Assembly (NCBI GenBank): GCA_965222115.1
Contig: CBDCTJ010000003.1
Span: forward strand, 32,001 to 96,000
Source: Planctomycetota bacterium
GTDB lineage: Bacteria; Planctomycetota; PLA2; JAEUHO01
Direction of reading: 5' to 3'
DNA: 64,000 nucleotides
The position numbers were made by a program, and so were the translations under genes. The notes below the pieces were generated by a model. It made no database searches. It saw only the letters and a list, made by a program, of their open reading frames with translations, and was not told the DNA's origin. Of the stretch, positions 48,878 through 58,165 are shown piece by piece (positions within the stretch are counted from its first letter, which is position 1; every line of letters begins with the position of its first letter).

Positions 48878-50801
48878 GTGCGTCAGGATAAGCCGATGGA
48901 GATCAGAGAATGAAAGAGTCTTACGGCGAAGAGCTAGCCACTCACGCCGGCCTCGTGTCTTGCGTGGGCGCTCGTAAGGGCGCGCTGCGAAGCGTAGACA
49001 GAGGGGAGGTAGGCCCGGTATTGAGCCGCGAAACCACGATGAAATTCCAGGAGGCCGACACGATCACCAACGTGAGAAGGCAACACGGCTGGGTGCGTCC
49101 TTGGCGAGCGTCCAGTTGCTCCTGCGCGGTCTTAGACCCGGTGCATGCCCCAATAGATTTCCATACGGAACCTGAGAGAGCCTACGTTTGGCCCGCCTTT
49201 GGCAACGGGTCCGCGTCGGGAACCTCAATGAGGTCACGCCGACGATGAACGAACGCAGGCAGTCGGACAAACCCGTAGTACCGAAGAAGCGACCGAACAA
49301 GGGTCGGGATGCGTCCCGGTCTGCGGAGGACGTGAAGGGAAGGGGTTTGGCCAAGGGGAACTCGATCCGACGAAGCAGAACCCGTGCGCAGATACGGAAT
49401 GTTCTGAACCAGAAGATGGATCGGGTACGGCAAGTTGCTGTGGAACGAAAAGATGAGAAGTTCACCACGCTCTGGCACCACGTGTACTCCGTGGACCGAC
49501 TTCGAGAGGCGTACTTCAGCCTCAAGCGCAAAGGCGCAGCCGGCGTTGATGGGGTTACGTGGGAGGCCTACGGCAAGAACCTTGAGAATAATCTCGTGGA
49601 CTTGTCCGATCGCCTCAAGCGCGGCGCGTACCGAGCGCCTCCGGTGCGACGTGTGTACATCCCGAAGGCCGATGGACGGCAGCGTCCACTCGGTGTGCCT
49701 GCGATTGAGGACCGCGTGGTCCAACGCGCAGCTTCGGAGGTGATTGGCACGGTGTACGAGGAGGAATTTCTCGGGTTCAGCTACGGCTTCCGCCCCGGGC
49801 GCAGCCAGCACAACGCGCTGGACGCCCTATGCGTGGGAATCGAGCGCAAGAAGGTGAACTGGGTGCTTGATGCAGACATTCGTGGGTTTTTCGATGCCAT
49901 CGACCATGAGTGGCTAATGAAGTTCATCTCGCACCGGATTGCGGACAAACGTGTGCATCGCTTTATCAAGAAGTGGTTGCACGCGGGCGTTATGGAAGAT
50001 GGCGTGCGCAGGCCGACGAAGGCAGGCACCCCGCAAGGGGGCGGCATTAGTCCGCTGCTTGCCAACGTGTACCTGCACTACGCCTTTGATCTGTGGGCCC
50101 ACCAGTGGCGGCGGCGCCATGCGCGCGGTGACATCATCATCGTGCGCTACGCTGACGACTTTGTGGTGGGATTCAAGTACAAGAACGAGGCTGAGCGATT
50201 CCTACGGGAACTTCGCGAACGCCTCAACACGTTCAAGCTGGAACTGCATCCCGACAAGACGCGTCTGATTGAGTTTGGCCGCTTTGCAGCGGTAAACCGA
50301 GCGGAACGCGGTGAAGGGAAGCCGCCCACATTCAAGTTTCTGGGCTTTACGCACATATGCGCAACTACCCGGAAAGGCCGTTTCAAGGTTGTACGCAGAA
50401 CGCGTGCGGATCGACTGGTAGCCACGCTACGAGCCATCCGTGATGCGCTCCGAAAACGACTCCACTGGAAACCCGTACGTGTGGCTAAATGGCTCGCGTC
50501 TGTTATGCGGGGCTGGCTGAACTATCATGCCATCCCCGATAACGGCACAGCGCTCCAGCTCTTTCGGAGGCGGCTCCTGCGCATCTGGCGCAACCACCTA
50601 CGGCGGCGTAGCCAACGCTCACGGTGTTCCTGGTGTCGCATGTATGCCTTGGAAAAACGCTACTTCCCAAGCCTTCGCATCCGTCACAAACGTCCCTACA
50701 TGAACTTGCGCGTCATTACCTAAGGCAGGAGCCCGGTGCGGGAAATCCGCACGCCGGGATCTGTGCGGGGGGCTCCGGGAAACCGGAGTCCCTACCGCGA
50801 C
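48878..50801 (+). mobile_element. Complete group II intron (En-minus; class E-like by IEP N-terminus, tentative)
   Basis: 5' GTGCG at 48878. Domain V GAGCCCGGTGCGGGAAATCCGCACGCCGGGATC and a domain VI hairpin ending ...CCCTACCGCGAC at 50801. Loop CACCAA (49065-49070) is complementary to the 5' exon TTGGTG. Confidence 0.92.
49245..50723 (+). CDS. ltrA: Group II intron reverse transcriptase/maturase
   Basis: AAGVDG, RPLGVP..EDR, GTPQGGGISPLLANVYLH, RYADD and an X domain. No HNH domain. Confidence 0.95.
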   Translation: MNERRQSDKPVVPKKRPNKGRDASRSAEDVKGRGLAKGNSIRRSRTRAQIRNVLNQKMDRVRQVAVERKDEKFTTLWHHVYSVDRLREAYFSLKRKGAAGVDGVTWEAYGKNLENNLVDLSDRLKRGAYRAPPVRRVYIPKADGRQRPLGVPAIEDRVVQRAASEVIGTVYEEEFLGFSYGFRPGRSQHNALDALCVGIERKKVNWVLDADIRGFFDAIDHEWLMKFISHRIADKRVHRFIKKWLHAGVMEDGVRRPTKAGTPQGGGISPLLANVYLHYAFDLWAHQWRRRHARGDIIIVRYADDFVVGFKYKNEAERFLRELRERLNTFKLELHPDKTRLIEFGRFAAVNRAERGEGKPPTFKFLGFTHICATTRKGRFKVVRRTRADRLVATLRAIRDALRKRLHWKPVRVAKWLASVMRGWLNYHAIPDNGTALQLFRRRLLRIWRNHLRRRSQRSRCSWCRMYALEKRYFPSLRIRHKRPYMNLRVIT

Positions 50802-50965
50802 AGAGTCTCTTCTTCAAGTAGCGTCCCGCCACCAGAGTTGCACGTCCCCGCCAAGAGGCGCCCCCCCAACGCTTGCGCTTCGTTGCTTAGTTTCTTCGTG
50901 TGCTCATTCTTGAAACGATCTGCTTGCGACCCATTCCCCATCCAAACAAATCGCGTTCATCAACG

Positions 50966-50998
50966 CTTGCGCCTCTGCGAGCTCTGCGCCTCTGCGCG
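50966..50998. repeat. CTCTGCG tandem repeat
   Basis: CTCTGCG at 50973, 50982 and 50990, preceded by CTTGCG. Confidence 0.6.
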
Positions 50999-51097
50999 CG
51001 GAAAAACGACTCTACGAAAATCTCCCCGCCCCCCGGCTGTGTTTGATGTCCTTGGTGAGCCCCCTTTTTCCAAGCGGCGCTACTTGACCACGGTCTT

Positions 51098-52096
51098 CTA
51101 GGACTTCGGCGGCTTACGACGTGGAAGCGGCGAAACATCGTTGCCCATACCGCGCAGACGTTGATAGCGCTGCTCAAGCAACGCGTCTCGATCGATGGCA
51201 AGCAACTCGTTAAGATGACGCTCTAGCGCTTCCTTCACGGACGCAACAGTAGTCTTGGGATCGCGATGCGCCGCCCCGGGGGGCTCGGCGATGACTTCGT
51301 CGACTACACCGAGTTTGAGGAGATCGGGACTCGTGAGGCGCAGTGCTTCTGCGGCTTCCTCACCCTTACTTCCATCACGCCAAAGAATGCCCGCGCAGCC
51401 TTCGGGGGAAATGACGGAGTAGTAGCTGTACTCGAGCATGAGCACACGGTCGCCAACGCCAATGCCAAGCGCGCCGCCGCTGCCACCTTCGCCAATTACC
51501 AAGCAGACGATGGGCACGCGCAACTTCGACATCTCAAGGATGTTCTCGGCGATGGCCCACGCCTGGCCTCGTTCTTCCGCCTCGACACCGGGGAATGCCC
51601 CAGGGGTATTGATGAGCGTAACAATCGGTAGTCCGAAACGCTCGGCGAGCTTCATCTTGGAGAGCGCCTTGCGGTAGCCCTCGGGGTGGGCGCAGCCGAA
51701 GTTGCACTCCATGCGCTCCTTCATGTCTTGGCCCTTGCGATGGCCAACCAACAAAAAGCGCAGGTCGCCCATACGTGCAAAACCTGTGGAAAGCGCGCGA
51801 TCGTCGCCGATGAGTCGATCGCCGTGAAGCTCAACGAACTCGTCGCAGCAGCCCTGGACGTAGTCGGTAAACTGCGGTCGACGGGCGTGTCGGGCGACTT
51901 GGACTTTCTCCCAAGGAGTGAGCTTGGAGAAGATGTCTTTAATGAGCCGGTCGCGCTTGCGTTCCAGCGGCTTGAGCTCGCCATTGAGGCTCACATCGGG
52001 AATGGCACGCAGCTCCTGGATCTTCCGTTCGAGATCGAGGATGGGGCGCTCGAAGGGGAGCGAGGCCGCATCTTCGTTGCGAGTACTGGAAGTCAT
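51098..52096 (-). CDS. accA: Acetyl-CoA carboxylase carboxyltransferase alpha subunit
   Basis: ELHGDR, PEGYRKA, TPGAFPG, GEGGSGGALG and YSVISPEGCA. Confidence 0.96.
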   Translation of the reverse strand: MTSSTRNEDAASLPFERPILDLERKIQELRAIPDVSLNGELKPLERKRDRLIKDIFSKLTPWEKVQVARHARRPQFTDYVQGCCDEFVELHGDRLIGDDRALSTGFARMGDLRFLLVGHRKGQDMKERMECNFGCAHPEGYRKALSKMKLAERFGLPIVTLINTPGAFPGVEAEERGQAWAIAENILEMSKLRVPIVCLVIGEGGSGGALGIGVGDRVLMLEYSYYSVISPEGCAGILWRDGSKGEEAAEALRLTSPDLLKLGVVDEVIAEPPGAAHRDPKTTVASVKEALERHLNELLAIDRDALLEQRYQRLRGMGNDVSPLPRRKPPKS

Positions 52097-52336
52097 GGGG
52101 CTCCTTACTCCTTCGGCCGAGACCTAAAGTCCTCAGGGCGCGCCGCTCCGGAAAAGGGCCGCCAGCTCCGTCCAACCCGCATGGTACCGGAAGGCGTACC
52201 GCTCCGACCAGCGGAAGTCCGATGCTCGCCCCCAGTTGGCCGGAACCCCGATTCGTGGGGCCCATAAGCAGCATTGATCCGGGGATCAGCCGTGCGCGCC
52301 TCGGCATTCGTCGGCTGGCTGCGCGACACTGGGCCT

Positions 52337-55300
52337 ATGAGTAGCCCACGCACGGTGCGACAGAAAACGACGCGTCAATCTTCGCGGGCGGTCCACCGCA
52401 TCGCCATTCGTCCGCGCCCGTCCATGCTGGATCCGGCGGGTCTGGAGGCTGCCGAGGCACTTCGGGCGGCGGGGCTGAACGACGTTACGTCCGTGGGGCT
52501 CAAGCGCGTGTGGTTCCTTGAAGGCGACCTCGATACAGACACGCTTCACCGCGCGGCGGTGGACGTCCTGGCCGATCCCGTACAGGACGAGTTTGCCATC
52601 AATCGACGATTGCCGACGCGGAAGCGTACGTCCAAGAAAGCTAAGCAGACGCGCGCGCATGCGGTCACTGTCATGCGTAAATCGGGCGTCACGCACCCGG
52701 AGGCCGAGAGTGCGCGCATTGCGCTTGAGGCCATGGACATTCCCGCCCTGCGCGTCCATAGCGCGCACACGTTTTCCATCCAAACGTCGGCTTCGAAACA
52801 TGACGTGCTCGCCATGGCGCGTCGCGCGCTCGGTAACGATGTGATTGAAGACGTGCGTTACGGCGAAGTGCGTGACTATGAGTTTCCGGCCGACACAAAG
52901 GCAGACATAAGCCGCTACACGATCGACATTCAAGACATCACGGATGCTGAGCTCATGGAGATTTCTGGGTCCATGGGGCTGTCGCTCAATCTCGCCGAGA
53001 TGCGCGCGATTCAAGCACACTTTGACGAGTTGGGCCGCGCCCCCACCGACGTGGAACTCGAAACGCTCGCGCAGACGTGGTCGGAACACTGCAAACACAA
53101 GACGCTTGCTGGTGCGGTCGTGATGACCGACGAACGCGGCACGCGTCGCTACAAGAACCTACTCAAAGAAACCGTCTTCGCAGCGACGAAGAAACTCAAC
53201 AAGTCGTGGTGCCTCAGCGTTTTTGAAGACAATGCCGGCGTCATTGGCTTTGATGACGACGACGGCGTGTGCATGAAAGTAGAGACACACAACCACCCCA
53301 GTGCAATTGAGCCGTACGGCGGTGCAGGCACGGGCATTGGCGGCGTAATTCGAGACATTCTGGGTACCGGTAAGGGCGCAAAGCCCGTCGCCAATACGGA
53401 CGTGTTCTGTTTCGGCGATCCGTACGTTGCGAACGAAGACTTGCCGTCCGGCACGATGCATCCCATGCGTCTATTGCGCGGCGTCGTTTCGGGTGTGCGC
53501 GACTACGGCAATCGCATGGGCATTCCCACGGTGAATGGCGCGGTGTTGTTCGATCCGCGTTACGTGGGCAACCCCGTCGTGTATTGCGGATGCGTTGGGC
53601 TCATTCCACGCAATCGAATAAAGAAGGCCGCACGCCCAGGTGACTTGATTGTCGCCTTTGGCGGACGCACAGGGCGCGATGGCATTCACGGCGCAACCTT
53701 TAGTAGCGTCGAACTGAGTTCAGACAGCGAAATGGTGTCGTCGGGCGCTGTACAAATCGGAGATCCGATCACCGAGAAAAAGGTGCTCGACGTCTTGCTG
53801 CAAGCGCGCGATCGGGGCATGTTCAATGCAGTTACGGACTGCGGTGCCGGAGGGTTCTCAAGCGCGGTCGGAGAAATGGGAGAGAAGGTGGGCGCCGACG
53901 TGGACCTCTCGGCCGCCCCACTTAAGTACCCGGGCCTCAGCGGCTTTGAGATATGGATTAGCGAAGCGCAAGAGCGCATGGTGGCCGCGATTTCACCTAA
54001 GAAGTGGAAAGCGTTTCAGACGCTCTGTGAATCGGAACATGTGGAAGCGTGTGTGCTTGGCACCTTTACTGGCGACAAGCGCCTGACGGTGCGGCATGGC
54101 AAGACGCTATTGGCCGACCTCAGCATGTCGTTCCTTCACGACGGCTTGCCCAAGCTCGTGCGGGAAGCGACGTTCGCCACGATTAAGAACGATGAGCCCA
54201 CTTGGAAACCGAAAACAAACTACACGAGTGATCTCAGAAAGCTCTTGGGACTACCGCAAATCGGATCCAAGGAGTGGGTCATTCGGCAGTACGACCATGA
54301 AGTACAAGCAGGCGCTGTCGTTCGTCCACTCACAGGGCCAAATCAGGGGCCATCCGATGCGGCAGTCATTGCACCCAAACTTGGATCGAAGCGCGGCATC
54401 GTCTTATCTGGAGGGATCAACCCCGCCTACGGTGACATCGACCCGCACGCAATGGCAATGGGCGCGGTCGACGAGGCGATTCGTAATGCCGTGTGTGTCG
54501 GCGCCGATCCCTCGCGCATGGCCATTCTCGACAACTTCACCTGGGGCAACTGCAATCGCGAGGAGACGCTCGGCAGCATTGTGCGAGCGGCCGAGGGTTG
54601 CCACGACGCGGCCATGCTCTTTGGCACGCCATTTATCTCCGGCAAGGACTCGCTCAACAATGAGTACCGCACCGACGACGGCGAACTCATTGTGGTGCCC
54701 CCCACGTTGCTTATTTCTGCCATTGGCGTGATCTCGGACGTGCGCAAAACGTGTACGTCCGACTTGAAGCGCGCGGGCAATTGGATCTACATCGTTGGCG
54801 AGACGCACGACGAATGTGGCGGCAGTCATTGGTATCGACTGCGCGGCAAGGTTGGATCCAATGTGCCGACCGTTGCCAAATCCGCGCCACGCACCATGCG
54901 CACGGTCTCGCGACTCGTTCGTCGCGGCATGATCCGCGCGGCGCATGACCTCTCCGAGGGCGGCTTGGCTGTGGCGCTTGCCGAGATGGCCTTTGCATCC
55001 AATCTTGGTGCAGACGTCTCGCTCTCATCCATGCCCGCAACGACGAAGCACCCCGGCAGACGACTGTTTAGTGAGTCCAACTCGCGATTCATCGTGGAGG
55101 TGACTTCGAAGCACAAGAAGGACGTTGAAGCGCTACTACGTGACAAGAAAATCCCGTTTGGTCGCCTGGGTCGCGTGACGGAAGAGAAGAGAGTTGTCAT
55201 TCGAAACCGCGCAAGAGACGACGACGCGCTGATCAACAGTTCGACGAAGGCACTACGTCGCGCATGGCGCACGGCACTTCCGATTCCTGGACAGGACTAG
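52337..55300 (+). CDS. purL: Phosphoribosylformylglycinamidine synthase PurL with fused N-terminal PurS-like domains
   Basis: WSEHCKHK, KVETHNHPSAIEP, DCGAGG and SEAQERM. N-terminal LDPAG and LGNDVIE PurS-like motifs. Confidence 0.94.
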   Translation: MSSPRTVRQKTTRQSSRAVHRIAIRPRPSMLDPAGLEAAEALRAAGLNDVTSVGLKRVWFLEGDLDTDTLHRAAVDVLADPVQDEFAINRRLPTRKRTSKKAKQTRAHAVTVMRKSGVTHPEAESARIALEAMDIPALRVHSAHTFSIQTSASKHDVLAMARRALGNDVIEDVRYGEVRDYEFPADTKADISRYTIDIQDITDAELMEISGSMGLSLNLAEMRAIQAHFDELGRAPTDVELETLAQTWSEHCKHKTLAGAVVMTDERGTRRYKNLLKETVFAATKKLNKSWCLSVFEDNAGVIGFDDDDGVCMKVETHNHPSAIEPYGGAGTGIGGVIRDILGTGKGAKPVANTDVFCFGDPYVANEDLPSGTMHPMRLLRGVVSGVRDYGNRMGIPTVNGAVLFDPRYVGNPVVYCGCVGLIPRNRIKKAARPGDLIVAFGGRTGRDGIHGATFSSVELSSDSEMVSSGAVQIGDPITEKKVLDVLLQARDRGMFNAVTDCGAGGFSSAVGEMGEKVGADVDLSAAPLKYPGLSGFEIWISEAQERMVAAISPKKWKAFQTLCESEHVEACVLGTFTGDKRLTVRHGKTLLADLSMSFLHDGLPKLVREATFATIKNDEPTWKPKTNYTSDLRKLLGLPQIGSKEWVIRQYDHEVQAGAVVRPLTGPNQGPSDAAVIAPKLGSKRGIVLSGGINPAYGDIDPHAMAMGAVDEAIRNAVCVGADPSRMAILDNFTWGNCNREETLGSIVRAAEGCHDAAMLFGTPFISGKDSLNNEYRTDDGELIVVPPTLLISAIGVISDVRKTCTSDLKRAGNWIYIVGETHDECGGSHWYRLRGKVGSNVPTVAKSAPRTMRTVSRLVRRGMIRAAHDLSEGGLAVALAEMAFASNLGADVSLSSMPATTKHPGRRLFSESNSRFIVEVTSKHKKDVEALLRDKKIPFGRLGRVTEEKRVVIRNRARDDDALINSSTKALRRAWRTALPIPGQD

Positions 55301-55309
55301 GCGAAACGC

Positions 55310-56155
55310 ATGCCCACTTCCAAATCGAAAACGACGCGAAACTCCCGCACGAAGAAGACGGCGCGGCCCCACGTATTGATCGTGCGCGCGCCGGGAACGA
55401 ACTGCGAACACGAAACAGCGCACGCGTTCGAACGCGCAGGCGCCGACACGTCGATTCATCACATCGGCGAGATTGTGAACAAGAAGCGACTACTACGCGA
55501 CACACATGGCTTTGTGATTCCCGGTGGATTTTCGTTTGGCGACGACGTGGGTGCGGGCACCGTGTTCTCAACCATCCTCCGCACCAAGTTGCGCGATCCG
55601 CTGCGCCAACTCGTGGATCGCGGCGGCATCATTTTGGGTATTTGCAATGGCTTTCAGGTGCTCACCAAGAGCGGACTCTTGCCAGGATTTCGCGACGCGT
55701 CCGACGATGCCCCCACGCGACTCATTTCGCTGGCGACCAATGCTCAGAATCGCTACGAGGATCGTTGGATCACGTTGAAAGCGGTGTCAGAAACAAGCGT
55801 GTTCTTCAAACCGGGCGACGTCCTGCGCTGCCCCATTGCTCATGCAGAGGGCCGCCTCGTTCCCAAAGACGAGGCCACCCGCAAACGACTCTGGGACAAC
55901 CAACACGTGGCCCTGATCTATGTAGACGAACGCGGCCGCGACGCCAAAGCCTTCCCCGACAATCCCAACGGCTCAACCGATAACATCGCCGGCCTCGTTG
56001 ATCACACAGGCCAAATCTTGGGACTCATGCCTCACCCCGAGCGTAACCAGTTCGTGTGGCAAGACCCACGCTTTCACGGGGGAGGCGCCCCCAAGCAACC
56101 GGAGGGCATGGCACCATTCAAGAACGCGGTGCGGTATTTGAAGCGACGGCATTAG
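55310..56155 (+). CDS. purQ: FGAM synthase glutaminase subunit
   Basis: PGTNC, PGGFSFGD, GICNGFQ, AHAEG and LMPHPER. Confidence 0.96.
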   Translation: MPTSKSKTTRNSRTKKTARPHVLIVRAPGTNCEHETAHAFERAGADTSIHHIGEIVNKKRLLRDTHGFVIPGGFSFGDDVGAGTVFSTILRTKLRDPLRQLVDRGGIILGICNGFQVLTKSGLLPGFRDASDDAPTRLISLATNAQNRYEDRWITLKAVSETSVFFKPGDVLRCPIAHAEGRLVPKDEATRKRLWDNQHVALIYVDERGRDAKAFPDNPNGSTDNIAGLVDHTGQILGLMPHPERNQFVWQDPRFHGGGAPKQPEGMAPFKNAVRYLKRRH

Positions 56156-56367
56156 TCGTCCTTTTCAGGTATCTCAATGTCGTTCAGTTCAGAGAGATGC
56201 ACCGGGGATATGTCCCAGGCGCGGAGAACGCCTTCGTGCAACGTATGGTGATCGGGCGCGCGCCATCGCCGGAGCATGTCATCAGTTCGACGACTTCGAG
56301 ATGAGGAACGCCGGCCAGCCGACGAGCGGACTCAAGTCCGTGAACGATTCGCCAATCTCGCGTTGCG

Positions 56368-56472
56368 TGCGCCAAAAATACCTGGTTTTCTTGGCGCACA
56401 ACCGAAGTCGCTGGCCTCCGGCGTGCATCGCCGCCTCACCAGGCGCCAGAAATACCTGGTTTCTGTGGCGCA
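56368..56472. repeat. Two further copies of the 31-bp palindrome
   Basis: Copies at 56368-56398 and 56442-56472. Confidence 0.85.
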
Positions 56473-57332
56473 TGGGCGGAGACGATGCGTTCGATGCCGG
56501 CGAGGTCGTTGGTGGTGGTGACACGTTCGTAGCCCGCTGCGGCTAGCGAGTCGGCCGTGGCTTGAGATGAGCCTGCGCCGATTTCGAGTGCGAGCAGGCC
56601 GCCGGGGGCGAGTACGGACTTCGCTTCGTGGACGAGTCGCTTGACGAGCAAAAGAGGATCGTCGCTCTCGACAAACACAGCGGTAGTGGGTTCGTGCTTG
56701 GCCACGCCTCGTTCCACCGAGGGGTCGCCGTCTGCGACGTAGGGCAAATTGGCAAGAACCGCGTCCACCTTATGCCATTCCTCGTTGGCGATTACCGGAG
56801 CAAGTAGATCGCCCTTCGCCAACGTGATCCGCGACGTGACGTCGTGACGCGCTGCATTGGCTGCGGCAACATCCAGTGCATCGCCTGAAAGGTCCGTTGC
56901 AAACGCGATTGCATTCAGCCGGTGATGCAACAGCGTGATGGCGACACAGCCAGAGCCCGTGCCCACGTCAATGAACCGGTATGAGCCCGGCTCGTCGTGC
57001 AAATGCTTGAGCGCGACCTCAATGAGATGCTCCGTTTCCGGTCGCGGCACAAGCACGCGGGCGTCAACCTCGAAATCGAGCGAATAAAACTCGCGACGAC
57101 CAAGTAAGTAGGCCACGGGTTCGCCATCGGCGCGACGGCGGAGGAGCCCCCGAATCTGTTCGAGCTCGGTCTCCACCATCGGGCGCTCAAAGCGTACATA
57201 GAGATCCATACGCTCGCATCTCAAGACGTGCGCCATGATGAGCTCGACGTCAAGTCGAGGTCGTTCGATGCCCTTGCCGCCCAGCCACGTAGCCGAGCGG
57301 TTCAGGATGTCTAGAAGCGTGTGGGCAGCGAT
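56436..57332 (-). CDS. prmC: Release factor glutamine methyltransferase; start non-canonical or uncertain
   Basis: GEPVAYLLG, VLVPRPETE, DVGTGSG and NLPY. PrmC-like N-terminus (TLLDILNRS...GIERPRLDVELIMAHVL) extends 32 codons above ATG 57236 to ATC 57332. Confidence 0.9.
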   Translation of the reverse strand: MAAHTLLDILNRSATWLGGKGIERPRLDVELIMAHVLRCERMDLYVRFERPMVETELEQIRGLLRRRADGEPVAYLLGRREFYSLDFEVDARVLVPRPETEHLIEVALKHLHDEPGSYRFIDVGTGSGCVAITLLHHRLNAIAFATDLSGDALDVAAANAARHDVTSRITLAKGDLLAPVIANEEWHKVDAVLANLPYVADGDPSVERGVAKHEPTTAVFVESDDPLLLVKRLVHEAKSVLAPGGLLALEIGAGSSQATADSLAAAGYERVTTTNDLAGIERIVSAHAPQKPGISGAW

Positions 57333-58004
57333 TTACTTACGCCGACGCCGCGTGGATGTGCCCTCTTCGGCGGCCTGTGACTTGACGGACGAAGCGCCGC
57401 GCATGATGCCGTTGATCAACAACCACAGGACGAGCAGCCCACCGAGCGTGAGACCCCAGTATCCGGGTGCTATCAAGCTGCCACGTTCCATGATGGGATC
57501 GAAGAATGCGTTGTGATCAACGGTCTTCAGGTAGTCACTCACAGCGTCGAGCTTTTCAGACGTGAGCGCATTCTTGATGCCGCCCAGGCCAACCCATACC
57601 GAGAGGATTGCGGCCATGAGATAGGGCCAGATCTTCATCTGTCCGTAAAAGATGTTGAGCACGGCCGTAAAGAAGCCGTAGAGGCATAGTGCGAAGATAA
57701 TGGTCCCTCGAATGGAACCCAAGCCATTGATCGCATATTGAGCGTCGTAGGTTTCGCCCGGGCCAACGCGGTACCAGGTGGCGAGTACACCCGCCATCAT
57801 GAGACAATTGGCGAATAGGAATGTGAAGACTTGCTTGTCTACACCGAAAAGAAACGCTTGCCGCGCGAAGCGGTCGGCGCTGGCCTCTTCGACAGCCGCC
57901 GCGTGGCGGGGATCGAAATTGGGATCGGCGAGTTCGGCGGCGTCAATCACGCCGTCTTCCAATGCCTCGGCTGCAGTTTCGAACTTGTCTTCCATGTCGC
58001 TCAT
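57333..58004 (-). CDS. Hypothetical membrane protein (about 4 TM) between prfA and prmC
   Basis: SD GGAGG, acidic N-terminus, four hydrophobic segments and a basic C-terminus. Confidence 0.8.
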   Translation of the reverse strand: MSDMEDKFETAAEALEDGVIDAAELADPNFDPRHAAAVEEASADRFARQAFLFGVDKQVFTFLFANCLMMAGVLATWYRVGPGETYDAQYAINGLGSIRGTIIFALCLYGFFTAVLNIFYGQMKIWPYLMAAILSVWVGLGGIKNALTSEKLDAVSDYLKTVDHNAFFDPIMERGSLIAPGYWGLTLGGLLVLWLLINGIMRGASSVKSQAAEEGTSTRRRRK

Positions 58005-58165
58005 CGGGCCATACCTCCAGCCTTGTTACAGGCAGCCTCGTCACGGGTCCTGAACCTCGCCCGCGGCCCAAATCCTACGGGAATCACCGTGCGGGGGCCA
58101 AGCGAGCCCAATCCGTTCAACGATTCCGCTCGTCCGCGGTTCCCGGACGCCCCAAGATTCACGCG

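Noticed and set aside
48910-49248. ORF MKESYGEELATH... whose stop overlaps the RT start (ATGA)
   Set aside because: It lies wholly in the structured 5' part of the intron RNA. Its sequence is explained by ribozyme constraint and there is no evidence of translation.
49245-50723. RT as a retron, DGR or defence RT
   Set aside because: It has a YADD motif and maturase domain and lies within intact group II intron boundaries with domains V and VI.
56152-56277. 41-aa minus-strand ORF (MLRRWRAPDHH...IPEKDD) between purQ and the repeats
   Set aside because: Possibly a gene remnant, but no recognisable homology or SD supports a call.
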